15,576 nt of DNA from Octopus sinensis (taxonomy: Eukaryota): contig NW_021825435.1 of assembly GCF_006345805.1 (NCBI RefSeq), positions 1 through 15,576 on the forward strand, given 5' to 3'. Of the stretch, positions 1-9,785 are shown one piece after another. A program made the translations under genes and the position numbers. The notes below the pieces were generated by a model that searched no databases, was not told the origin of the DNA, and saw only the letters and a list, made by a program, of their open reading frames with translations. Positions within the stretch are counted from its first letter, which is position 1. Every line of letters starts with the position of its first letter.

Positions 1-11
1 CCCGGGACCTA

Positions 12-122
12 CACACACATATATATATATATCTAGATATATATATATATATATATATCTATATATATATATAATATATTATATATATATATATATACGT
101 ATATATATATATATATAATATA
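12..122. repeat. (CA)n/(TA)n microsatellite
   Basis: Direct reading: acacacac followed by a long interrupted tatata run. Confidence 0.95.
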
Positions 123-565
123 ATTTCAGGCTATTAACACTTCTATATGTGTGCTTGTGTGCATGTGTGTATGTGTGCGCACGCGTTAACATAAATGTAT
201 TTATTAGCAGTAATATGTATGTTAACAATATTGATAGCAAAATATGCTTTACCAGTAAAATGTATGTCTATTAAGATGAATGTGTATACATTGTAATGGA
301 TACACACACCACACACACATGCATACACACACACAGGCACATACAATGGAGAATAAAACGATATGCTCTCCCCGCCCCCGGCTGCCTCTCTCTCCCCCAT
401 CCGTTTCTTCTCTCCTCCATCTTCGCATCTTACTCCCTCCGCTATCCTGTCCCCTGTTAGATGAATTCCTGTTGTTCCACCAGAGAGGTTCCTCCAATGG
501 CGATGAACAGTATCAACTGCGTCGCCTGTCTTCAAACTGAGAGCTCTACTTCTACATAAACAATG

Positions 566-599
566 TTGTGTTCTTCTTGTTGCTGTGGCTGCTGCTGCT

Positions 600-635
<36 letters not shown>

Positions 636-650
636 GCGTTGCTGCTGTTG
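566..650. repeat. (TTG)n/(TGC)n trinucleotide microsatellite
   Basis: ttgttgttg... run; it produces the poly-Cys of ORF 563..916. Confidence 0.95.
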
Positions 651-708
651 TCCGATCAGTTAATCACACTTGGCCATTATTGCTGATAATAATTAACTCA
701 CAGGGAAA

Positions 709-1308
709 GGGCGGCGAGCTGGCAGAAACGTTAGCACGCCGGACGAAATGCATAGCCGTATTTCATCTGTCGCTACGTTCTGAGTTCAAATTCCGCCGAG
801 GTCGACTTTGCCTTTCATCCTTTCGGGGTCGATTAAATAAGTACCAGTTACGCACTGGGGTCGATGTAATCGACTTAATCCGTTTGTCTTTCCTTCTTTG
901 TCCTCTCTGTGTTTAGCCCCTTGTGGGTAGTAAAGAAATAGGTACTTCGTCTGCCGTTACCTTCTGAGTTCAAATTCCGATGAGGTCGACTTTGCCTTTC
1001 ATCCTTTCGGGGTCGATTAATTAAGTACTAGTTACGTACCGGGGTCGATGTAATCGACTTAATCCGTTTGTCTGTCCTTGTTTGTCCTCTCTATGTTGAG
1101 CCCCTTGTGGGTAGTAAAGAAATTGGTACTTCGTCTGCCGTTACCTTCTGAGTTCAAATTCCGCCGAGGTCGACTTTGCCTTTCTTCCTTTCGGAGTCGA
1201 TAAATTAAGTACCAGTTAGGTACTGGGGTCGATGTAATCGACTTAATCCGTTTTGTCTGTCTTGTTTGTCCTCTCTATGTTTGCCCCTTGTGGGTAATGA
1301 CGAAATAA
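709..1308 (+). mobile_element. tRNA-derived SINE (family A) with a head plus three tandem 184-bp body units
   Basis: Head GGGCGGCGAGCTGGCAGAAACGTTAGCACG (A-box-like TGGCAGAAACGTTAG). B-box GAGTTCAAATTCC at 782, 966 and 1150, a period of exactly 184. Units start at 758, 942 and 1126. A homologous copy lies on the minus strand at 11979-12231. Confidence 0.9.
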
Positions 1309-1462
1309 GAATCAATAGCACGCCGGATAAAATGCTCAGTGGCATTTCGTCTGTCTTAACGTTCTGAGTTCAAATTCAGTCGAGGTCGACTTATCCTTTC
1401 GGGGTCGATAAAGTAAGTTGAAAACTGGGATAAATGTAATTGACTAGTCCCCACTCCGAAAT
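1309..1462 (+). mobile_element. Diverged, 5'-clipped SINE related to family A with a different 3' end
   Basis: TAGCACGCCGGATAAAATGC...GTTCTGAGTTCAAATTC (B-box at 1366)...GAGGTCGAC...CCTTTCGGGGTCGATAAA aligns to 732-840, then diverges (GACTAGTCCCCACTCC). Confidence 0.8.
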
Positions 1463-1988
1463 TGATAAACAGGGGCCACAATTTGAAGCCAGTAATTAAT
1501 TCGGCTTCTCTCGTTTTTCACCGTTTTTTTCCGATCTCTATTTCCACATGTAAAGTCATTAATGCGTATGTTGAGGCAGATTTGCCTGCTATTTCTAGTA
1601 GGTTGACCAATCGTGTAGTAGAGGTGAAATTGAGGAAAGGGATAAAGACTGCGATAAGGTTTACTAACGTCAGTGTGTTTCTTTTATTAAATAGAGAAAA
1701 AAACAAACAAACCCACAGTGTGTGCGCGGTTTGTGATAAAATCAATCAGAAGCATGCTTTGATGTGTTGGCTGTGACGTTGAAATGAACACGTGATACAA
1801 ATATGAGTGAATATGTCTTGTCTTTTTTGATTTGGCCAAGTATTTTCAGCTTGATGGATTAGCAGCTTTGACACAAACAAATGTTCAGACAACCACCACA
1901 TACCAAACAAGACGGATGAGGAGGATTTCAAAAGCACTAGAATTTGTACATTACACCATCGAGTTTCGAATCACAGTTAAGATGTCAA

Positions 1989-2150
<162 letters not shown>

Positions 2151-2160
2151 TTTAAAAATT

Positions 2161-2310
2161 TTCTCACTCTCTGTCCCTCTCTCTCTCTCCACCTTCACTC
2201 TCTCTCTCCCTCTCTCTCTATCTCGCTGTCTGTCGGTCTGTCTGTCTGTCTGTCCATCTGTTTGCCTGTCTTTGTTTTTCTGCCTCTCTCTCTCTTCTCT
2301 CTCTCTCTTT

Positions 2311-2377
<67 letters not shown>

Positions 2378-2382
2378 CTGTC
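2161..2382. repeat. (CT)n-rich polypyrimidine microsatellite with (TCTG)n
   Basis: Direct reading. Confidence 0.95.
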
Positions 2383-2407
2383 AGTGTGTTTATCTTTCCA
2401 ATTAACT

Positions 2408-3234
2408 AAGCGAATGAACCAAAATCCCTGCATGAGTGCAATTAAAACTGCAAAAGCTCTTGATATTTCGAAATCGTCAATGCACAAAATTTTAAAAGAG
2501 TATTTAAAGCTAATTGCACACACAAAAAAAAACAAAAACAATCCCGGCAGTTATTTTCAGCAGTTTCCAAGAAGAAACGGCTCGACAGGGGTTAAACCAT
2601 GTGAGCTGAGATGAAGCGCGCCGCAAACAAAGTGTTGCTCTGTCCGACGAGAAGATCTTCACCGTGAAGGCAGTAACCAACAAGCAGAACGATAGGCTGT
2701 ATGCTTGTGATGCAGGAGACTTGCCCGAAGGTAGAAGGAGTCATTTACACCTTCAGAAACCAGCTTTACTCATGTGGGCTGCAGTGCATCTGATGGCTCC
2801 AAATCTCTCTTGGTCTTCATCAATGCTGGCGTCATAGTCAACATTGAAGTTTGTGTGGAAATGTCGAGTGAGAAAGTGTTACTCTAGATCACAGATACCT
2901 TTGGTGACAGTTATATCTTCACTCGAGACGAGGCTTCAGCCCACACATCCAATTTGACACAGAGGTGGTGAAAAGAGCATTTCAGCAGTTTTGGGGATGA
3001 GATTATATGGCCTCCCTCAAGTCCAGACATCAATTCCATGGACTTTGTTATCCAGTCAGTCTTAGAGAGTAATGTTTCTGCTCGCTCCTCCCATTCAAAT
3101 GTGTCAGATCTGAAGAAAGCCCTTCTGTCTTCATGGCTGGATGAAGAGTTGGTACGGTGCTCTGCTCGTACAACTTAGTGACCACTCGTTTGCAGGCTAT
3201 GATGAAAGCGAACGGTGGTCATTTTGAAATATAA
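2408..3234 (+). pseudogene. DD37D transposase pseudogene (stops and frameshifts)
   Basis: Motifs as above, with in-frame stops (e.g. QRW*KEHF) and several frameshifts. Confidence 0.85.
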
Positions 3235-3353
3235 TTACTGCTATGGATTGACAATTTACATTAGAACGTGTGTACCAAATTTCATTATCCTACCTTAAGT
3301 TTATTTTGAATAATTAAGAAATACAAATGGGTAAATCTTTCTGCAACACCCTG
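2408..3353 (+). mobile_element. 5'-truncated, decayed Tc1/mariner DNA transposon, DD37D (maT-type), with right TIR
   Basis: Frameshifted translation gives an HTH-like NPCMSAIKTAKALDISKSSMHKILKEYLKL, then SDEKIFTV (D at 2646), NKQNDRLYA, FTRDEASAH (D at 2927), WPPSSPDINSMDF (D at 3041; 37 codons between D2 and D3) and C-terminal KANGGHFEI* (stop 3232-3234). The element ends ...CAACACCCTG|TA (TA at 3354-3355). Confidence 0.9.
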
Positions 3354-3752
3354 TATACATATGCATATGTGTATGTGCGTGGGGGAAGGAAAAGCCAGAA
3401 GAAAAAGAAATAGAAAAAACTTTGAATAAATTATTTGAAGAAATTGATTGAAAGAACTAAAAAAGTGCTAAATCATATATTTGTAAACTTATTATAACTC
3501 TCATAAGCTTATACCTAGACGCACACAGATACGTGTGTGTGTGTGTGTATGTAAACACACCTATCTAAAAGAAGCATCAGCGTTATTATTCAACAATCTC
3601 CACCTTCACACATCCCGTGTTACCGTCATATAAATCTATGATTTATGGCCGACAGTCGACTCAATTCCGGGCCAATGGCTGACAGGAAACAAGCCTAATC
3701 TACACAGGTATTTTACTAGTTATTAGCAACTAATAAAAATATTCTGCTGCGC

Positions 3753-3812
3753 TTCTCTCTCTCTCTCTTTCTTTCTCTTTCTCTCTCTCTCGCTCTTTCT
3801 CTCTCTCTCTCT
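3753..3812. repeat. (CT)n microsatellite
   Basis: Direct reading. Confidence 0.95.
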
Positions 3813-3965
3813 AATAATTCCATCTTCATAGAAATGGCGGCGACCAATATATCGGGTTTCATTGACGTGGAATAATTTCTACAATGGCAATTATGAAGAC
3901 ATTTGTTCTCTTTCATCGTCTTTATATCGCCACCAACAAAGATACCTCTATACCCCCACCCTACT

Positions 3966-3966
3966 A

Positions 3967-4010
<44 letters not shown>

Positions 4011-4300
4011 AACAGCAGCATCACTGCTATTATTACCATTACTGCATCCAACATCAGCGATGTCAGCATCACTACCACTACCACAACGATCCCCACCACC
4101 AACATAACCTCAGTATACTAGTATCATCACCAACCACGGCATCACCATCATCATAAACATCACCATCACCATCGCACAGCCACAAAGCCACCAACATCAC
4201 TCCGGAACCAGCGTCCCTTGCACCACTACTAATGGTATTACCGATCCCACTCGCTGCCGACACCATCATCATCATCATCATCAACTTTACTAACATCATC
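3966..4300. repeat. (CAG)/(CAA)n followed by a degenerate (CAT)/(CAC)n low-complexity tract
   Basis: agcagcagcaacaacaac..., then catcaccatcatc... Confidence 0.85.
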
Positions 4301-4339
4301 TCATCAGAGATACCAAGACATCACCACAAACAGTAAGGT

Positions 4340-4612
4340 TATCTTTCCCAGGCAAGGTTGTTTATGGAAGACCAGAGGTCACCCTTGCATACCAGTCTCC
4401 CCTCTCCACCACAAATGTTATCCAAGGGAAATGCAAAGGGGCCGATACAGCTTGGCACCAGTAATATCGCAACTCATTTCTACAGCTGAGTGAACTGGAG
4501 CAACGTGAAATAAAGTGCTTTGCTCAAGAACACAATACACAGCCCGGTCCGGGAATCGAACTCACTACATCATGATTGTGAGTCCGACGCTCTAACCACT
4601 GAGCCATGCGCC
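4340..4612 (-). mobile_element. tRNA-derived SINE (family B) with a CORE/Meta-like central domain
   Basis: Minus strand reads GGCGCATGGCTCAGTGGTTAGAGCG (A-box)...GAGTTCGATTCCC (B-box), then TGTGTTCTTGAGCAAAGCACTTT...CCAGTTCACTCAGCTGTAGAAATGAG. The central part is homologous to 13889-13960. The 3' boundary is approximate. Confidence 0.88.
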
Positions 4613-4925
4613 TTAAGAGTTCATTTCGCAAAGAAGCGACAGTAATTTCCGTTTGTCTGATGGCTACGGTTAAAAAGGCATAACATAAAAGTGAACGACA
4701 TTGATAGAGGCCGACGTGTGTGGCTGAGAGGAGGACATCCTGAAGATATCCTGAAATCTATGCTTTAACGTTAGACCAAGATCGATTTTAATTGAACAAA
4801 TCCTTGATCTAAATCCCTCCGCCATTGACGTCTTGTCTCTATAACTACATTATCCAATATTTGGTTTTTCAAATAATTCATTTTGACCCGCAATTGGCAA
4901 AAAATTGTAATGTTATAAGTTAAGG

Positions 4926-5045
4926 GAGCGGCGACTTGGTAGGATCGGATAGAACGTTTCATGGTATTTGTTTCGGCTTTCCGAGTTCAATTCGCATCCA
5001 GGTTAACTTTACCTTTCATTTCGGGATCGATAAATAAAGTACTGA
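4926..5045 (+). mobile_element. Highly decayed family-A-like SINE fragment
   Basis: GCGGCGACTTGGTAG...GAGTTCAATTC...AGGTTAACTTTACCTTTCATTTCGGGATCGATAAATAAAGTAC matches 709-845 with deletions. Confidence 0.7.
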
Positions 5046-5418
5046 TCCGTTACGGTGGATAGATGGCGGGCAGGATTCCACGTGGTGTCTGTTTCGGTTC
5101 TGAAAGTTCCCAGTTTACACCTCATCTCATTTGTCAAAGGTAAAAAAATATAAACGACGGCTTTTCTATGAGAAGGTGATATACCCGGACTCATAGAATC
5201 AATCATTCACAAAAAAAGAAAACAAAAAAAACACTAATGGCAACAGCATAGTTGGTTCGATCGGAAGTTTGGCTGCCACCAAAATCACACAATTTATAGA
5301 CAAGCAAAATAATAAATACAACATTTAAGTTAGAGATTTAGCAACAGAGCCTTCCTTATCTGAGATGATGGAGGGCGATTTGGTTGCTATTTCAATTATC
5401 AAAAGTGACCATCTAGAG

Positions 5419-5619
5419 CAGTGCTTTTCAAACTTTTTGCTGAAGCAGAACCCCAAGGAAACATTCCACTGGCTCGAGGAACCCCTGTGCAATAATTTAA
5501 TTGTCTTATGCACACATATCTGCACAGGAGAAATAAAAATTACTGTCGATTTTAGCATTTTTGTAACTTCTTGCGGAACCCCTGGACTGTACTGGTGGAA
5601 CCCTGGTTGAAAACCACTG
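5419..5619. mobile_element. 201-bp non-autonomous hAT (Charlie/MER5-like) MITE
   Basis: TIRs CAGTGCTTTTCAAAC / GGTTGAAAACCACTG (13/15 match). Perfect 8-bp TSD ATCTAGAG at 5411-5418 and 5620-5627 (NTCTAGAN-type target). Internal repeated GGAACCC motifs. Confidence 0.93.
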
Positions 5620-6301
5620 ATCTAGAGACTTCTACGGTTCATTCCTCTAATGATGTTTATTTTCCGACATAGTATATCTAGGGTTACACTACCTCATGTA
5701 CGCGTTTCACTTCATGAAAGTTGTGTGTAATAAGCAGCGATGTGACTAGCAGGTCCGACCACAAAAGAGACCCCTTCATCAAATCGTCTTGTTAATATTG
5801 TTGCTGTTGTTTCGGCTACCGCTGGGGCTGGCTGCTTCCCCTGTATCGTTTCGTTATGTTTTGAAATCCAATCCGATATTCAGCCTATTAACTATCAGTA
5901 AAAAGCTTTACCGGAAAATTTCAGAGACAGATTAGGAAATGTAACTGAAACGAGTTTGTTTGTCGTTGTGTTTGGTGGGTTTAAAAAATTGGTTGGATGG
6001 GTTTCACGGCCGTAGTTTGATCTCGCGGATATTGAAGAATTATCACGTTCTTAAGCATCTACACACCACATCTAGCCCCCGCCCCACGCCATCACATCCC
6101 CAAAACCCCTTAACCATCTTCGGTTACCTCGTTTATCTACACCGTTTATCTGTAGACACTGAAAGATAAGAAAGGGAATGGGAGTAAACCGATGCTTATG
6201 AATGTCTGTGTTTGTATGTGTGTGTGTATAGGTACGTGATTATGTGAGTGCGTGCTTGTGTATTCATGTGTACATACATTTATGCTTTATGAATGGCTGC
6301 G

Positions 6302-6360
<59 letters not shown>

Positions 6361-6398
6361 AGAACAAAGTGTACGTACGCCGCTGTATATATATATAT
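6302..6398. repeat. (TA)n microsatellite, interrupted
   Basis: Direct reading. Confidence 0.9.
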
Positions 6399-6562
6399 AA
6401 TAAAATACAAAATGGGACAAGAACTCAAAACATCCGGACAACTAGGTGATACAAAAAAGGGAACAACAAAACATCCAGATAGACGATACAAAAAAACAAG
6501 GACGGGTCATTGGAAGCCTTTTATCTTCAGTCAAGAACCGGATGATCCTCGCAATTTCGGCT

Positions 6563-6563
<1 letters not shown>
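6399..6563. repeat. Short interspersed repeat fragment with an internal ~45-bp tandem duplication, embedded in microsatellite
   Basis: CAAAACATCC(G/A)GA...GATACAAAAAA occurs twice (about 6426-6458 and 6467-6496). It is flanked by (TA)n and (CA)n. That it is an interspersed repeat is inferred. Confidence 0.55.
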
Positions 6564-6612
<49 letters not shown>

Positions 6613-6708
6613 CACACACACATATATATATATATATATACATACACACATATATATATATATATATATACACATATATATGTGTGTATGTGTGTGTGTG
6701 TGTGTGCG
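6564..6708. repeat. Compound (CA)n-(TA)n-(TG)n microsatellite
   Basis: Direct reading. Confidence 0.95.
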
Positions 6709-7066
6709 TGTTCAAGTCTTTAGCAAGTCTTCATTTTATTCAGTCGGTCATGACGTAAACTCCACGTTAAATATTAATTAATTACTAAAGTAAACGTTAT
6801 ATTATAATTATAATTGCATTAACAAAAGTTTATTTTTAAAACGGTTTGTCCACCGCTTGCTAATAATCTAACGCTGTTAATATTGTGTTCCAAGATTTGA
6901 AATCAATATTATGGTACTTGACTAAAAAACAGCTGTGAGGTGAGATGTAGAGGGGATTGGAGTTCTTGTTAGCGAAGTCCGCAAGAATTATCAAGAAGAT
7001 GGCTCGGTTCTCATGGTAACCAAATGTTGTATAGGCGCATATATATATATATGTGTGTGTGTGTGT

Positions 7067-7813
7067 GAATGTTTTCAGGCTAAATTTGACAGTTTGCATA
7101 AAAGGAAACAATATCTCATCTCAAAATTAAAGTATCTAAGAAAAACCAAAACGTATCAACTAGATTATGGCCAGGAGATAAGTGTTCACTCAAAGCAGTA
7201 AGTTTACTTAGCTTCCATCATGGTCAGCTGATAGCTCCGGAACCTGGAACATACGTTCCTTACTGTGTCCTTGAGAAGATCTTTTAACACCTTATTGATC
7301 TTGCCCAACAGCTTGGCTTTGGCGTTGTAGGCAGAGTGATAGGTGTCGTTCTCAACCGCGTCACACATACATAGTGACCCATGGGATTACAGCTGGGGGA
7401 ATTAAGGCTAGAAAATGAAGCTAGCGAAGTCGAGGAAATTCTCAGTCAACCACTTCTGACTCTTTCTGGGGACATGACGAGGAGTCGAATCATGCTGTTA
7501 CACATATAGCCTTCTGGCAGCAACCTTCTCCATCCAGGGGTTGACCAGTCTCCAGCAGCGTAACAAAGCAGTCTAAATTGAGGTTAATGCCCTGTTCAAT
7601 TATGCCGAGATGAATTGAGGTGTGCAGCTGAAGTCAGAACGCCTACTGTGTCCCTTTCTGCTGACCACGGCTTTGTAATCTCCGTTGCAACTGTCCGAAT
7701 TATGTCTTACGACCTTTACAGTATCCACAGAGAACTGGGCAGCAGTTTCGGATGCCATCGATATACGAAGTTCCCAATCTTATCGTTAACGTCACGAGAC
7801 TGGGTGTTAACAT
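7067..7813 (-). mobile_element. Internally deleted, decayed Tc1/mariner transposon, DD37D (maT-type), second subfamily
   Basis: Minus-strand translation: N-terminal DSCNGDYKAVVSRKGHSRRSDFSCTPQFI joins directly (about 7605) to IIEQGINLNLDCFVTLLET/VNPWMEKVAARRLYV*QHDSTPRH...SQKWLTENF...*P/NSPSCNPMGHYV/DAVE...CSRFRS...MEAK*TYCFE* (stop 7186-7188). D2 (7489-7491) to the degenerate D3 position (7377-7379) is 112 nt, i.e. DD37D after restoring a 2-nt deletion. Both outer boundaries are approximate. Confidence 0.85.
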
Positions 7814-8253
7814 TTTTGGTCGATGACCGAGGAAGGATTGGGGTCCATGTGTCTGTCCTACGTGTACGTTTTGTAGTATTTAATGAATTATGTATAGTTG
7901 TAGGTCAACAAAGCAACCAATGGTTTCATGTCAAGTGATCTTCACAATTGTTCGAGCGTGCCACAATATAAGTATACATATATGCATTTACTGTTGAATA
8001 TATAGGCTCATATTTGCTTTTTGCCGCAACACTGTCAACTCCTCCCTCCTGGCTCTACTCTTTTCAATCACTTTTCGCTTTCCTTTCTTTCCGTTTCTGT
8101 GTTTGTGTTTAATCATATTCTTTCCTCTTATCCTCTCGTCTCTCTCCACCCTCTTCTCTCCTCCCTTCAACGCTTTCTTTCTGTCACTACTCCTCACGCT
8201 GCCTCGTACTTCCTTTCTCTGTGTTTCTCCTCTTATCGTCTGCTTCCTTCCTA

Positions 8254-8475
8254 CCACCACCATAACCAACATCACCATCATCATCATCATACCACCACCA
8301 CCAGCTGCACCACCACCACCACACCACCTGTCGTCATCGTCATCATCAACATCATCATCATCAACATCATCAACATCATCATCATCATCATCATCATCAA
8401 CATCATCATCATCATCATCATCATCAACATTATCAACATCATCATCATCACCATCATCACCATCATCATCATCCT
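8254..8475. repeat. (CAT)n/(CAC)n trinucleotide microsatellite
   Basis: Direct reading; source of the poly-Asp, poly-Ser, poly-Ile and poly-Met ORFs. Confidence 0.95.
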
Positions 8476-8757
8476 TCATACCATCATTGCGTATATCGCC
8501 ATCTTTCTTTTGCATCCTTCGTGTTCCGCTCCTCCACCCTGCATTTTGCTCCGCCCCTCCTCCACCACCCCATCCACCAATTCATCCCCCTCCCCTACAC
8601 ACCCACCACTACAATTCTCATCTATCTGTCTTATTAGTAATGCAGTTCAGCATGGATTTCAACACGGGGCAACAATCACTTCCGGAAGTACTCTGTGCGG
8701 CGGCGCGTGATGGAGAAAGAGAGAGAGAGGGCAAGTTAATGAAAAGCTCAGTGTTTA

Positions 8758-8807
8758 CAACACATATATATACACACATCTATATAAATACATACATATT
8801 ATTATGC

Positions 8808-8842
<35 letters not shown>

Positions 8843-8898
8843 ACACAAACATGCACACATACACACACATATATAGAAATATATAGATATATACATAC

Positions 8899-8930
<32 letters not shown>

Positions 8931-8953
8931 TCACACACACATATATATATACA
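8758..8953. repeat. Compound (TA)n/(CA)n microsatellite
   Basis: Direct reading. Confidence 0.93.
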
Positions 8954-9183
8954 CCTCTAGCTCTGTCTCTTCACACAATAGTAACATTGATAGCCTGTGC
9001 AGCTGTTTAACACATGGACCGCTACTCTTACATACTTCATCTCCTCTCCTCCTCCTCCTCCTCTTCCTTTTCACCATCAACACAATAATATCCCACAAAT
9101 ATACTTCTTTTTTTATATACATCTGCATGCATACATACGTTACTTACACTCATACACAATCTCTCACACAAACACAAATGCTT

Positions 9184-9264
9184 ATATATATATATATGTA
9201 TGTATGTATGTATGGTATGTATGTTGTAGTATGTATGTATGTATGTATGTATATATATTATATT

Positions 9265-9296
<32 letters not shown>

Positions 9297-9367
9297 TATA
9301 TGAATATATAATATAGTATATATATAATATATATATATAATATATATAATATATATATATATATATG
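9184..9367. repeat. (TA)n/(TATG)n microsatellite
   Basis: Direct reading. Confidence 0.93.
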
Positions 9368-9587
9368 TTGCACAGATGCATGCAGATACGTATGCGTATG
9401 TGTTATTTTCGTCTGCGTATATGTTTGTATGCACGAACATACATACCTATATATGTGTCTGTGTGTATGTGTGTACTTTTATATGTATATGTGTGTGTAT
9501 TGTAAAATAATTTCTATTTCATTAATTAAATAATACTTAATACAGACGCAAATTATATAATCTGCGATAGGTCAGCCTATGCAAGAA

Positions 9588-9785
9588 ATATGTGTGTGTG
9601 TATTTATACATAATCCCACACACACACACACGTACACACGTACACACACACCACTCATACACACGCATGTAGACATGTGTGTGGTGCGTGGGTGTGTGTT
9701 GTGTATGCACTAACATATATGCGTATTTGTTTGTGTGTGTGTGTGTGATTGTCTTTGCTGTGTGCATGCATGTGTGTGTGTGTAT
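9588..9785. repeat. Degenerate (TG)n/(CA)n tract
   Basis: Direct reading. Confidence 0.85.

Noticed and set aside
563-916. Cys-rich 'metallothionein-like' ORF
   Set aside because: The poly-Cys comes from (TTG)n and the rest is SINE sequence.
709-1460. CRISPR-like or tRNA-gene array (regularly recurring GAGTTCAAATTCC)
   Set aside because: The entire 184-bp unit repeats with no unique spacers and no cas genes. No full cloverleaf forms; these are SINE B-boxes.
3716-4299. Poly-Leu 'membrane' and Thr/Asn-rich 'mucin-like' ORFs
   Set aside because: These are trinucleotide-repeat artefacts without supported splice context or homology.
4540-4612. Possible bona fide tRNA gene on the minus strand
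   Set aside because: It has A and B boxes but no good acceptor stem, and it continues directly into SINE body sequence.
7814-8045. Left TIR of the minus-strand maT element
   Set aside because: No convincing inverted match to the 7067-7095 end; only ACTGTCAA at about 8031 matches.
7988-8876. Long ORFs (175-257 aa) with poly-Asp, poly-Ser, poly-Ile or poly-His
   Set aside because: They are open in several frames on both strands only because (CAT)n lacks stops in those frames. No domain-like sequence is present.
8755-9381. Multiple Ile/Tyr- and Cys/Val-rich ORFs (also at 6264-6781, 13340-13585 and 14251-15393)
   Set aside because: They are translations of (TA)n, (TG)n and (TATG)n microsatellites.
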